A program made the translations under genes and the position numbers. Positions 18,701 to 28,074 of a stretch of 52,494 nucleotides of DNA are shown here, piece by piece (the first letter of the stretch is position 1; every line of letters begins with the position of its first letter). The notes under the pieces are model-generated. The model was given only the letters and a program-made list of their open reading frames with translations. It made no database searches and was not told the origin of the DNA. The DNA lies in NCBI GenBank assembly GCA_016206085.1, contig JACQSF010000003.1, positions 1-52,494 of the forward strand, given 5' to 3'. This DNA is from Candidatus Uhrbacteria bacterium (GTDB taxonomy: Bacteria; Patescibacteriota; Patescibacteriia; UBA9934; GWF2-40-263).

Positions 18701-19669
18701 GTTGATGTCTTGCGCGTGCGCGATCAGGATGGATCAGTAAAAGTTCCAGACCTTATGGAACATCCAGAGTACCACGAGAATTACGGTTCCTTTGATAAAG
18801 GTGTCGCATTGGTCTATCCAAGACGATGCAGGACGTCCTTTTTTCCTGGAGAAGAAAAAATAGCAAGTACCTTTGGTCCCGACATCCATCATTTAGTCTT
18901 TGTGGGCATTCCCCATACCGAATTGGGAGTCATTGTATTGACCAATGCTGTTGAAGCCAGGTCATTTGATGATGTGTTAGAGCGGACGAAGACCGCGGTG
19001 GTAAAGTCTGGGGTGTATGTGCCTATCGTCCGTGCCTCAGGTGATCTCTTATTCACTCCTGAAGAGTACGATAAACGTGAAGCGTTTGCGCATCCATACG
19101 CGACGCTTGAGGATTTTTTTCGCGACGCAACGGCCTTTAACACACTTGATCGTCCGCAACCATCCGCGGTACATGAATTTACATTGAAAGAACATCTGCT
19201 TGCTGCTGAACGGAATGTCATGGCTCTTTCAGAGGATTTGCAGGTGCCGTTTGAGATGCGAGATCTCGTGCGCGCGGCGGCGCGACTTCACGATGTAGGA
19301 AAGTTTGACGCGGTAAAGAGCGGTCAAGAGATTGCAAATGTCATCGCCGCCGAACGAGAACTTAACAAGGTGCGAGGATTGGATCCGGAATGGAAACGGA
19401 GGATCCTTGTTCTCATTCATCATGACGAACTTCTGGGGGATATTTTGAAGGGAACAAGTATTGATCCTGATGGGACCATGACTCGCACTCCAGAAGTGAC
19501 CAGAAAAATACAACTGTTTCACGACCGATTTCCGTCCCAGACGGATCGATTGCTTTTACGCGTTCTGTATGAAGCGGATGTCTTGGCGATTGGAAATAAC
19601 ATGTATCAAGAATGGCAGATACAAGAAAAACTGCGGGGACTTGAATTTCATTTATCGTCGATTTCGTAA
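15722..19669 (+). CDS. Large hypothetical protein with C-terminal HD domain
   Basis: ~1315 aa; H..TLKEH, LHDVGK, HHD, EAD near the C-terminus; start reassigned to ATG 15722. Confidence 0.75.
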   Translation: MLPERTRGEEPGVEYELARERERGPIQAVESLRKDTQRMIRLHALWDKFAQPPESPLSDITTSTLVERDIQDAMELLRAPEVRLKEFSLLVIDRLVSFFSAEGSLQIFLTEVVRVTQDYFFHFSTVSGIRQRLRTLMHTLPVDDRRFFQDGFIPTKGDPFGVLDPDVRDETLLRIVELPAGVKRLNAVLSFLTIDANACLQQIDRFELTNQDRETVFRAVAVHSPDVLPPYLPFLAEQDPHLARDLLSQVVEHSFVVGVDAITRFPLTHAQRGKVESQLIASHPRDFFLHFEELSQFLTSLSVPKALEIALSHLESNLPEDPVERLHILDSLTQDDTGFTDEITPIIRRALGEALKELTPVLEELRRDIAQMRQVPKDQVSWSFDLLDTLSWELKTEDQENARIRQAQQRLGSSRVRPLLLSAFAVSVGESPMGFGSKDRPLSLAQRRVILEEALEAGQVNGPPPDEQAEWTGWGEFAYQPRSSQEAKNMRVLLDRLVQVSPTDFVIAWASQKGEIARAYKPILLTVAQEHLENALHFIDVSGQAIVFANMDLKTTKWLVDKVFGSNTLTSFHIPHIPQNVRPLLRPYIERYRKQEEMPYAAFPDVATALYAFDVSPTFASQIANLPESERLLRIEEFSALMNAHPKRGIRALQSLGLKDEYTLRRGILRTIGMLLDRFPDAFLDPKPEAPVQPQRSGGTSFDEKWHRMLMFIPFCPPERFGELVGEWEPWLKRQQQRRETWGGKYFSDFFLMAFRLHKKPQEAVDAFSFFLDPGSPVIVKPYELAHAVSIEELFALTKTHGDEMGELLGNPDTRGRIIQYLKESEHPKATWEMIRRFADSYRSMIPEADRRAKITSELVLKGNRTRLSGSIRYATVGSQVLPVTHVGVREAFVHPQVTDGRLELTSLTKVELERVVRDRLQRVFTPDINSCLGADAHNRDIARQVKEGGWQVPAGTLIHYTSPAVLPAILAEGNCCGETIGIQSRADSFPLFVDVLRVRDQDGSVKVPDLMEHPEYHENYGSFDKGVALVYPRRCRTSFFPGEEKIASTFGPDIHHLVFVGIPHTELGVIVLTNAVEARSFDDVLERTKTAVVKSGVYVPIVRASGDLLFTPEEYDKREAFAHPYATLEDFFRDATAFNTLDRPQPSAVHEFTLKEHLLAAERNVMALSEDLQVPFEMRDLVRAAARLHDVGKFDAVKSGQEIANVIAAERELNKVRGLDPEWKRRILVLIHHDELLGDILKGTSIDPDGTMTRTPEVTRKIQLFHDRFPSQTDRLLLRVLYEADVLAIGNNMYQEWQIQEKLRGLEFHLSSIS

Positions 19670-20599
19670 TCGTGCCACACCTTTCCAACCAAGCCAGACG
19701 ATCAGAGCGAGAGGAATACCTATACCGATACCAACAATCACAATCCACAGAATCGCGACAACAAGGGCTTGTGCGATTGCGACGACGGCTTGAGCGGCTT
19801 GCTTCACGGTTGTGCCAGGACGGAATTCCTTGCCACCGACGGTGATCACAGGTTCTTCGGACAGAGAAATGGTGATTGAGGAGAAGCCCGTGAGGCTATC
19901 GAGGTATTGAAGTTGACCTTGGAGAGATTCGATGTAGCCTCGGATATTTCCCAGCGCGGATTCGATCTGGAGAATTTCTTCGACGGTCTTGGCGACATCG
20001 AGGATCTCCACATATCGCGTCTCCTGAGCTTGGGCATTTTTGAGACGAGCGGCAAGGTCGATGTACTGCTCGGTTACGTCTTGTGCGCTACTTGTTTCAC
20101 GCTCGACGATTAGAGCGAGTTCCTTGATCCCTGCCATGCTCGCATCGAACTGTTCCGATGGCACGCGAATCGTGACGTACCCGGAATGTGTACCATCCTG
20201 ATGCTCCTGCAAAGTTGATGTCTCGATGTACCCTCCGTTTGCTGTTGTATGCGTGTCGATGTCCGACAGAGTCTGTACCGCATCGTCCACCACCAAGTCG
20301 AGGCTTCCAGTCTTAATAATCTTCTCGTCGATTTCGGCGGCGATCGCTTCGTCGTAGAGGAGTCCGCCTGGTTCAGGGACTATCGACCGTTGTGCAAACA
20401 CCGTTGAATCTGTCGACAATGACGCGAATTCTTGTGAATCGACCTGATACCCGCTATCGACTTGATACCCACTAAAGGAAGAGGAAGTTGTACCGGAGAA
20501 GACGCTCAAAAGACTTTGTCCGACAAAGGTGATGATGGCAACCAGGCCAACAACGGCGAGTCCGCGTTGGAACCAGGGGAGAACGGTTTTGAATGTCAT
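19652..20599 (-). CDS. DUF4349-type membrane protein
   Basis: KIIKTGSL, GGYIE, IRVPS, DVTEQYIDL, C-terminal TM helix. Confidence 0.88.
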   Translation of the reverse strand: MTFKTVLPWFQRGLAVVGLVAIITFVGQSLLSVFSGTTSSSFSGYQVDSGYQVDSQEFASLSTDSTVFAQRSIVPEPGGLLYDEAIAAEIDEKIIKTGSLDLVVDDAVQTLSDIDTHTTANGGYIETSTLQEHQDGTHSGYVTIRVPSEQFDASMAGIKELALIVERETSSAQDVTEQYIDLAARLKNAQAQETRYVEILDVAKTVEEILQIESALGNIRGYIESLQGQLQYLDSLTGFSSITISLSEEPVITVGGKEFRPGTTVKQAAQAVVAIAQALVVAILWIVIVGIGIGIPLALIVWLGWKGVARLRNRR

Positions 20600-20600
20600 A

Positions 20601-21500
20601 TTATTCGTGTTCGCTTACAATGCGGCCGGCGAGAGTCCGCAATTGGTTAATGGCGAGTTTTGCCTCTTCTCCAGGTGAGGGGGGTTTTCCGTGCCAGAGG
20701 AAGTCGTGCTCCATATAGGTGACACCGTAGCCAGGAATGGTGTCGGCGATGATCACCGTGGGTTTTTCGCAGACCCCATGGGCACGCTCGATGGCGGTGA
20801 CGAAGTCACGGATTGAGTTCCCGGCACAGCGCACCACGTTGAGGTTGAAGCTTTCAAATTTAGCTGTGAGAGGTTCAAGGGGCATGATCTCTTCTGTGGT
20901 GCCATCGATCTGGATGTTGTTTCGGTCGATGATGAAGGTGCAGTTGTAGAGCTTATTGCTTCCGGCAAAGAGCATGGCTTCCCAGGTCTGTCCGGCCTCA
21001 AGTTCGCCATCGCTCATGACGCAGTATACACGCCAGGGTTTGTGATCCAACAGCGCTGTGTAGGCAAGGCCTACGGCTTGTGATGATCCTGATCCCAGAG
21101 GTCCCGACGTTGTTTCAACTCCAGGAAGTCGTTCACGTTCGGGATGACCTTGCAGAGGCGATCCAAATTTACGCAGGGTCATAAGCCATTTTTTTGGGAA
21201 GTATCCTGCATGTGCCATCGTGACATAGCGGATCGGACAGATGTGGCCGTTAGAAAGAATGAGCCGGTCTCGGTCACCCCAATCTGGGCGTTTGGGGTCA
21301 TGAACCATGACGTGGAAATAGAGGGCTGTGAAAATATCAGCCATTCCAAGCGGACCTGCCGAGTGACCCGATCCGGCCTCGACCAACATAGTGATCAAAT
21401 CTTCGCGAATGTGCGATGCCTTCTCCTCAAGCTGTTTGAGCTTTTTGTCGTGGAGATGGAGAGGTTGTCGAACCTTAGGACCTTGTGTCAGGTTTGGCAT
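20601..21500 (-). CDS. Transketolase, N-terminal (TPP-binding) subunit
   Basis: SGH, DRLILSNGH, LQGHP, SDGEL...DRN. Confidence 0.93.
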   Translation of the reverse strand: MPNLTQGPKVRQPLHLHDKKLKQLEEKASHIREDLITMLVEAGSGHSAGPLGMADIFTALYFHVMVHDPKRPDWGDRDRLILSNGHICPIRYVTMAHAGYFPKKWLMTLRKFGSPLQGHPERERLPGVETTSGPLGSGSSQAVGLAYTALLDHKPWRVYCVMSDGELEAGQTWEAMLFAGSNKLYNCTFIIDRNNIQIDGTTEEIMPLEPLTAKFESFNLNVVRCAGNSIRDFVTAIERAHGVCEKPTVIIADTIPGYGVTYMEHDFLWHGKPPSPGEEAKLAINQLRTLAGRIVSEHE

Positions 21501-21525
21501 AGTGCGTCCATTTTAGCATGAAATC

Positions 21526-21554
21526 AAAAACCAGAGCGAAAGGCTCTGGTTTTG
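21526..21554 (-). terminator. Intrinsic terminator
   Basis: AAAACCAGAGC/GCTCTGGTTTT stem. Confidence 0.65.
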
Positions 21555-21558
21555 TCAG

Positions 21559-22374
21559 TTATTCAACGATGAGAGTTCCGGTCATGCTGTCATGGTAGGC
21601 ACAGTGGAAGTCATAACTGTCTTCTTCGTCAAAGTACCGTGTGAAATTCTCGCCTGGATTGAGCGTGCCTGTTCCCCAGGAGCCATCGTCTGCAGATGCC
21701 GTGTGCTTGGTATCTCCGTCATTGACGAAGCGAACCGCGCGTCCGGCATCGAGCTCAAGCGTGCTTGGGCTGTAGGAATTGTCTTGGATCGACACCGTCA
21801 GATACATCTGGAGACCCTTGTCTGCGTCGATGGAAAAGGCGTCAGCCTCCTCTGCATCAGGATCATACTGAGAGGCCATCTCGAGATCCGAGCCCATGGT
21901 GTAGTTTGAGAAGAATCCATCTGGGACGTCGTCAATCTGTTGGTTCCAGGTTGAACCGTAGAGGTCTTCGGCCACTTCCTCTGAAGGAATGCCCATGATT
22001 TCTCCACCCTCTCCAATGACGTAGACGGTTGGATCAGAGTTGATCTTGATCATCTTCACGCCCGGTTTGTAGGTGACGTTGCCGCCGATCTGGATGTCCG
22101 CGAGGTCTCCGTCGGAGATCCATTTCACATCATCAAAATCCTCGTACCAGGTGAAGTAGGTTTTGTCGTTTGGGAACACGTACCGGAAACCGTCCAAACC
22201 GTAGTAGTACACAGCGGAATAGGATTCTCCACGGATCAGGTCGCCAGATTCGAGATCCGTAAGACCCACGAGGGTTTGGGCGTTCGCTGAAGGGACGACG
22301 CTTACAAATGTCATGGCCACAAGACCTAGCATTGCAAGCACAGTAGCTGACAAAAGAGTCGTTGTTTTTGTCAT
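21559..22374 (-). CDS. Secreted acidic protein with C-terminal cupredoxin domain
   Basis: Signal peptide; HTA...FHCAYHDSM type-1 Cu ligands. Confidence 0.85.
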   Translation of the reverse strand: MTKTTTLLSATVLAMLGLVAMTFVSVVPSANAQTLVGLTDLESGDLIRGESYSAVYYYGLDGFRYVFPNDKTYFTWYEDFDDVKWISDGDLADIQIGGNVTYKPGVKMIKINSDPTVYVIGEGGEIMGIPSEEVAEDLYGSTWNQQIDDVPDGFFSNYTMGSDLEMASQYDPDAEEADAFSIDADKGLQMYLTVSIQDNSYSPSTLELDAGRAVRFVNDGDTKHTASADDGSWGTGTLNPGENFTRYFDEEDSYDFHCAYHDSMTGTLIVE

Positions 22375-22454
22375 AAGGGTGCGAGTGATTAAAGAGGTGA
22401 ACGAGGGAAAGTATAGCATAGAAAAAACACGGACTAAAGCCGTGTTTTCCCCAG

Positions 22455-23276
22455 TTACTCAACAATGATGGCTCCTTCAAAGATATTGCGGTCGCCGTAG
22501 GTTGAGTAGTAGTGCCAGGTTCCAGATTCGTCGAAATAACGGGTGAAATGATCGCCTGATCCCATCGTTCCGGATCCCCAGACGCGATCCCATTCGGTTG
22601 CGGAGTGGTTTTCGTTGGTCGTATTGAGGAATCGGACAGCGGTTCCACTGGAGATTGTAACCGTTGAGGAGCTATAACCTTGGTCGGTGATTTCCACGAG
22701 TGTATATGCCTCGAGGCCTTTGTCAGCGGCGATGGAGAAGGCATCGGCTTCTTCCGCGTCTGGGCTGTACTGTGAGGCAAGTTCGATGTGACTGCCAATC
22801 TCGTAGTTTCCAAAGAATCCGTCTGGGACATCATCGATCTGTTGGTTCCAGGTTGACCCATAGAGTTCGATGGCGATTTCCTCAGAGTCGATCGCGCGCA
22901 GTTCGCTCCCACCCGCTACCGCATAGACGGTTGGGTCTGAGTTGATTTTGAGCATCTTCACCCCTGGCTTATAGGTGACGTTTCCGCCGATCTGGATGGT
23001 TGCGAGTGTGTCGTCTGAGATCCACTTCACGTCATCGAAGTCCTCATACCAGGTGAAATACGTTGTGTCGTTTGGGAAGATATAGCGAAGACCGTCGTCC
23101 CCGTAATAGTAGACAGACGAGTAGGTTTCCCCGCGGATGAGGTCGCCCGCTTCAAGTTCAGACTCGGCAAGCGTGAGCGCATGGGCAGAAGAGGGAAGGG
23201 TGAGAATGGGTAGAAGGACTAGCAGGGTTAGGAGGTAGCCGCAGGCTTTAGCCTGCGTGAGTTTGAGAAAGTTCAT
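22455..23276 (-). CDS. Paralogous secreted cupredoxin-like protein lacking Cu ligands
   Basis: Long near-identical stretches with 21559-22374; YYSTYGDRNIF replaces HCAYHDSM. Confidence 0.85.
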   Translation of the reverse strand: MNFLKLTQAKACGYLLTLLVLLPILTLPSSAHALTLAESELEAGDLIRGETYSSVYYYGDDGLRYIFPNDTTYFTWYEDFDDVKWISDDTLATIQIGGNVTYKPGVKMLKINSDPTVYAVAGGSELRAIDSEEIAIELYGSTWNQQIDDVPDGFFGNYEIGSHIELASQYSPDAEEADAFSIAADKGLEAYTLVEITDQGYSSSTVTISSGTAVRFLNTTNENHSATEWDRVWGSGTMGSGDHFTRYFDESGTWHYYSTYGDRNIFEGAIIVE

Positions 23277-23940
23277 AGACGAGTTTGTTCATTTGTTTGA
23301 GCGTACCAGTGGGGTCATCAGTCTTGAATATCGCTGAGCCGATACACAATCGATTCGCACCGGCACGGACAAGGGGTTCAATGAGATCGCGTGTGATGCC
23401 TCCATCGACCTCGATTGTGAGATCTTTACGGTGAGCTCGAGCCGCGCGAACTTTCTCAAGGACGGACTCGATGTCTCCTCCGTGCATGGGATCCCCGAAG
23501 GTCTGTCCTTGGAATCCAGGATGGACACTCATCAGAGTGAGTTGATCCACGACGTGGAGGACTTCTTCAACCTCTGAAAGGGGAGATTCGGGATTAAGGG
23601 CGATACCGACTTCGAGCTTGAGCTCGTCATGGATAAAGCCGGTAATGACTCCACTAGGGCGATGCATTTCTGTGTGCACGATGGCGCGTGTGAATGTCGG
23701 CACATATTTTTTCCACGCCTCGATGATTGGGATGGGGTTTTCGACCATGAGGTGGAGTTCCATTTCGACATTCGTTTTGAGTACCCCGATGCGCTGAGGG
23801 TCGTACCAACAGGTGTTGGGAAAGAGACTCCCGTCTAAGACATCGACCTGGATAAGCACACAGTCGTTTTCAACGAGCCGAAGATTGCGTTCAAATTCTT
23901 TCTCTGATTCGACCAAGAAGGCCGGGACGATTTGGGTCAT
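23248..23940 (-). CDS. rpe: Ribulose-phosphate 3-epimerase
   Basis: DVLDG, LHLMV, MSVHPGFQGQ, EVDGGI. Confidence 0.9.
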   Translation of the reverse strand: MTQIVPAFLVESEKEFERNLRLVENDCVLIQVDVLDGSLFPNTCWYDPQRIGVLKTNVEMELHLMVENPIPIIEAWKKYVPTFTRAIVHTEMHRPSGVITGFIHDELKLEVGIALNPESPLSEVEEVLHVVDQLTLMSVHPGFQGQTFGDPMHGGDIESVLEKVRAARAHRKDLTIEVDGGITRDLIEPLVRAGANRLCIGSAIFKTDDPTGTLKQMNKLVYELSQTHAG

Positions 23941-23941
23941 A

Positions 23942-24166
23942 CTATTTTGCATTTATCATCATGTTCCATTCCTCTGAGGAGATCTCAGCTTGCCGTAGAA
24001 TTTGAGAGAGGAGATGCTTTGATACTTCGCCACTATGCGGGTTTGGTATGTGTAACTTCAGCGTTCCTTTGACCATAAATAAATGACGGCCGCCAGAATA
24101 CGGACCGTCAAATCCAAACTGTCCGAGCACCTGGACGAGTTTCCTCCATGAGATGCTCTTAGGCAT
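23942..24166 (-). CDS. hicA: HicA family toxin
   Basis: GF..GGRH..IPNPH..LL.QIL.QA pattern. Confidence 0.88.
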   Translation of the reverse strand: MPKSISWRKLVQVLGQFGFDGPYSGGRHLFMVKGTLKLHIPNPHSGEVSKHLLSQILRQAEISSEEWNMMINAK

Positions 24167-24407
24167 ATTTTTTTACCATGCGCCGTCGGTCGAAATCGAT
24201 GCGCAGGCCGGGAACTTGTTCCTGTGAGCGAATCTTCAAGAGCGTCCAGTCCTCGAGTACCTCTTGTAGCTCACGACGGCACGCTTCAAGCGATTTTGCA
24301 TTTGCCCAGACACCCTTTACGCCAGGGATTTCACCAAAGAAAGAGCCATCCTTGAGGAGCTTATATTTTGCGAGAGCCATTTTTTTCGCGATAAAGAGGG
24401 AAAACAT
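24159..24407 (-). CDS. hicB: HicB family antitoxin (short form, no DNA-binding domain)
   Basis: FFGEIPGVKGVWANAKSLE...LQEVLEDW. Confidence 0.88.
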   Translation of the reverse strand: MFSLFIAKKMALAKYKLLKDGSFFGEIPGVKGVWANAKSLEACRRELQEVLEDWTLLKIRSQEQVPGLRIDFDRRRMVKKYA

Positions 24408-24574
24408 AGTGCTTTGATTCTATCAACTTTTGACTTTTCCGCCAAACTAAAGGGCAAATACTCATTTTGGTTTGTTCCAAAGTACGAATGCCCGAACATA
24501 TAGCGTGGCCAAGACAGTATTCGCGAGAAGTAATCCAGTCGATTTGGTTAGCAGACCCAAAACAAGCCAGGGTT

Positions 24575-25042
24575 TTAGGTTCCAAACTCTTGCCTCTCGA
24601 TCTCCTCGACTTTCTTGAGCCGTCGGACGTGGCGGGCGGCGCCGCTAAATTCTGTGGTGAGCCACATGTCGACGATCTCGACCGCTTCTTTTTTGTTGAT
24701 ATGTCGTCCTGGCAAACAGAGAATATTGGAGTTGTCGTCTTCACGGGCGGACTTGGCAACGTCTGCGTTGAATCCTGTTGCGGCTCTTACTCCTTTTACT
24801 TTGTTCGCGACAATGCAGATTCCTTGAGCGTTCCCGCAGATGACAATGCCATGGGCATTTTCGTCCGTCGCCACACGTTTGGCCACGGCGTATCCGAAGT
24901 CAGGATAGTCGTCGTCGTTCACGAGGTTTTCGTTGCCCATATCCGTAACCAGGTACCCCTTCTCTTTAAGGTATTCCTCGAGCGTCTCTTTAAGCTCCCA
25001 GCCGGCATGGTCCGCACCGATGTAGATGATAGGTTTCTTCAT
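24575..25042 (-). CDS. rpiB: Ribose-5-phosphate isomerase B
   Basis: GADHAG, DYPD, ICG, ANKVKGVRA, RH.RR. Confidence 0.92.
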   Translation of the reverse strand: MKKPIIYIGADHAGWELKETLEEYLKEKGYLVTDMGNENLVNDDDYPDFGYAVAKRVATDENAHGIVICGNAQGICIVANKVKGVRAATGFNADVAKSAREDDNSNILCLPGRHINKKEAVEIVDMWLTTEFSGAARHVRRLKKVEEIERQEFGT

Positions 25043-25103
25043 ACAGGCCGAATTCTACCATATTCGTTGATTTTTCTCTTGAAGATTGGCATACTCATGT
25101 CGT

Positions 25104-27947
25104 ATGAATTTCTCCGAACGTGAATTAGAAGTCCTTTCTTTTTGGGATGCAGATAAGACATTTCAAAAATCTCTCACGAAACCATCTCCAAATGGGCCGT
25201 TTGTGTTTTATGATGGTCCGCCGTTTGCGACAGGTTTGCCTCACTATGGACACATCGTGGCAAGTGTCATGAAAGATGTTGTTCCTCGTTTTTGGACGAT
25301 GCGCGGGTATCACGTGGATCGAAAGTGGGGATGGGATTGTCATGGTCTTCCCATTGAAAACATCGTGGAGAAAAAGTTCGATTTAGGATCGAAGAAAGCG
25401 ATTGAGGATTTTGGCGTGGCGAAGTTTAACGATTCCTGTCATGCGGAAGTGATGACGTATGCCAAGGAGTGGAAAGCCGTCATTGAAAGACTTGGACGAT
25501 GGGTCGACATGGAGAACGATTATAAGACCATGGATCTTTCGTTCATGGAGTCGATTTGGTGGGTGTTTAAATCCTTGTGGGACAAAGGAGATATTTATCA
25601 AGGACACAAACCGATTCACATTTGTCCTCGATGCGAGACCGTTCTTTCAAAGTTTGAGGTGAACCAAGGATATCAGGATGTGAAAGACATTTCGGTCACG
25701 GTGACTTTTCCCATCAAGAGTGGTGTCTATGAAGGAGCAAACATTCTTGCCTGGACGACCACTCCGTGGACCTTGCCGGGGAACGTGTTGTTGGCTGTGC
25801 ATTCTCAGACGATCTATGCCCTCGTCACTTTTGAGGGTGAACGATATTTCGTTGCAAAAGAATTAATTGAAAAAGTTTTTGCTGGAAAGGAATTCCGTTT
25901 GGAGAAAGAGGTAAATGGTTCAGAACTTTTGGGTGTCACCTATGAACCCTTGTTTCCATTTTTTAAGGATCACGAGCATGCCTTTCGCGTGGTAGCGGGA
26001 GATTTTGTTACAACACAGGAAGGAACCGGGATCGTACACATTGCTCCAGGGTTTGGTTCAGACGATTATGATCTTGGGAAGAGAGAAGATATAAAGCCCA
26101 TTTTTCATGTTCGTATGGATGGGCATTTTGTTGATGAAGTTGCTGAGCCATTATCTCAAGCGGGCTATGCAGTGAAGGACGTTCCGGTGAAGAAAAAGGG
26201 TGACACCATGTCTGTTGATATTGAGCTGGTGAGAGCCTTGGCGCATGCAGGACGGCTGTTTAGTAAGGAAAAACTTGAACACAGCTACCCTCACTGCTGG
26301 AGATGTGATACGCCGCTTCTTAATTATGCGACATCTTCTTGGTTCGTTCGGGTTGAGTCAAAGGTGACGGAACTCATGAAGAGCGCACAGGAGATCCATT
26401 GGGTTCCAGAGCACATCAAAGATGGACGTTTTGGAAAAGGACTTGAAGGTTCTCCAGATTGGTCCGTTTCTCGTTCGCGCTTTTGGGGGACACCGCTTCC
26501 GGTTTGGAAGAGCGAGGATGGGGATTTCTATGTCGTTGGGTCAGTCGCGGAACTTCAAGAGTTGACTGGCAAGACGATCACTAATCTTCACAAGCAGTAT
26601 GTTGATGCCCTGACGTTTGAAAAAGAAGGTAAGACGTTTACGCGTATCCCAGAGGTGCTTGACTGTTGGTTTGAATCTGGATCGATGCCTTACGCCCAGC
26701 TCCATTATCCGTTTGAGAATAAAGAACAGTTTGAGAAAGGATTTCCTGCGGAGTTTATTGCCGAAGGGGTTGATCAAACAAGTCTTTGGTTTCATAAACT
26801 TCACGTGATCGCGAATCTCTTATTTAGCAGGCCAGCTTTCAAAAACGTGATTGTGAATGGGATTGTCTTGGCGGAAGATGGAAAGAAAATGAGTAAGCGA
26901 CTGCGCAATTATCCTGATCCGATGGAAGTGATGGAAAAATACGGATCCGACTCCGTACGTTATTATTTGATGTCGAGTCCTGTTGTTCAAGCAGAGAACC
27001 TACGATTCAGCGAAAAGGATGTTGCAGAAGTTTCTCGCAAGTTCGTGAATATTCTATTGAACGTGGTTTCTTTTTACCAATTGTACAAGGAAGAGAAACA
27101 TGGTGCTGAACCATCGACACATGTGTTGGATCGTTGGATCATGGCGCGACTGAATGAAAGTTTGAGAGAAGAAACGCAAGCGATGGAGGTATATGATCTT
27201 CAGGGAGCCGCACGTGTTTTACAAGCGTTCGTCACAGATTTGTCTACGTGGTATGTACGCCGTTCACGTGAACGGATGAAGGTTGAGGGACATGATCGTG
27301 AACAAGCACTCTCTACACTCAGAGCGGTTTTGGAAACGCTTGCGAAGATGTGTGCACCCTTCACACCATTTTTGGCAGAAATGGTCTTCCACGACGTAGG
27401 ACACGAGACTTCTGTTCACCTTGAAGACTGGCCCATTGCAGATGCGTCCCTCATCGACGAGAAGGTTCTAGAAGAGATGGGACGTACACGCTCGATCGTC
27501 TCCAAAGCGCTTGAGCGTCGATCCGATGCAGGGATCAATGTGAGACAGGTGTTGGCTGGCATGACCGTGACGGTTCCGAATGGAGAGTTTGCTTCAGAGT
27601 ATCAGGAACTCGTGAAAGATGAGGTGAACGTAAAGACGATTGAAGTACAAAAAGGGGAGTATCTCGTCGAGTTGGATCTCGCGCTCACACCTGCATTGGT
27701 GCGAGAGGGAACCGTGCGCGAGATTATTCGTCGTGTGAACGACTTGCGCAAACAGTCAGGGCTTACGATTGAGGATCGAATCGAGTTATTTGTTACGGGT
27801 TCAAAGGAGGTTCTGCTTGCCGTACAAGAACACGAGGCAGCACTCCTACAAGGAACCCTCGCTAAGTCGGTTCGCACTTCGGGTGACATGCCAACCAACT
27901 CGAGCGAATTCAAGGCCAATGAGTTTCAGATTACAGTTGGGTTCTAA
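25104..27947 (+). CDS. ileS: Isoleucyl-tRNA synthetase (type 2, eukaryote/archaea-like)
   Basis: DGPPFATGLPHYGH, GWDCHGLP, WTTTPWT, YPHCWR, KMSKR; no C-terminal Zn finger. Confidence 0.96.
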   Translation: MNFSERELEVLSFWDADKTFQKSLTKPSPNGPFVFYDGPPFATGLPHYGHIVASVMKDVVPRFWTMRGYHVDRKWGWDCHGLPIENIVEKKFDLGSKKAIEDFGVAKFNDSCHAEVMTYAKEWKAVIERLGRWVDMENDYKTMDLSFMESIWWVFKSLWDKGDIYQGHKPIHICPRCETVLSKFEVNQGYQDVKDISVTVTFPIKSGVYEGANILAWTTTPWTLPGNVLLAVHSQTIYALVTFEGERYFVAKELIEKVFAGKEFRLEKEVNGSELLGVTYEPLFPFFKDHEHAFRVVAGDFVTTQEGTGIVHIAPGFGSDDYDLGKREDIKPIFHVRMDGHFVDEVAEPLSQAGYAVKDVPVKKKGDTMSVDIELVRALAHAGRLFSKEKLEHSYPHCWRCDTPLLNYATSSWFVRVESKVTELMKSAQEIHWVPEHIKDGRFGKGLEGSPDWSVSRSRFWGTPLPVWKSEDGDFYVVGSVAELQELTGKTITNLHKQYVDALTFEKEGKTFTRIPEVLDCWFESGSMPYAQLHYPFENKEQFEKGFPAEFIAEGVDQTSLWFHKLHVIANLLFSRPAFKNVIVNGIVLAEDGKKMSKRLRNYPDPMEVMEKYGSDSVRYYLMSSPVVQAENLRFSEKDVAEVSRKFVNILLNVVSFYQLYKEEKHGAEPSTHVLDRWIMARLNESLREETQAMEVYDLQGAARVLQAFVTDLSTWYVRRSRERMKVEGHDREQALSTLRAVLETLAKMCAPFTPFLAEMVFHDVGHETSVHLEDWPIADASLIDEKVLEEMGRTRSIVSKALERRSDAGINVRQVLAGMTVTVPNGEFASEYQELVKDEVNVKTIEVQKGEYLVELDLALTPALVREGTVREIIRRVNDLRKQSGLTIEDRIELFVTGSKEVLLAVQEHEAALLQGTLAKSVRTSGDMPTNSSEFKANEFQITVGF

Positions 27948-27951
27948 ATGT

Positions 27952-27978
27952 AGTGACAATGTGATATGAAAAAATCAC
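27952..27978 (+). repeat. Direct repeat, left copy (27 bp)
   Basis: AGTGACAATGTGATATGAAAAAATCAC; 25/27 identical to 33235-33261. Confidence 0.8.
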
Positions 27979-28074
27979 GGGTGGTTCAGGTGGATCGATA
28001 GATCTCCACTCTCGCTGGGTACATCAATGGAATTCTGAACTACTCGTGCGATCACAATATAGGATACTCATGAT

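Noticed and set aside
20437-20472. 18-bp tandem duplication (GYQVDS twice) in the DUF4349 gene
   Set aside because: Small in-frame duplication in a linker; no wider pattern.
23942-24407. hicB-hicA order and short HicB as a novelty
   Set aside because: Both arrangements are already known for HicAB; listed as features only.
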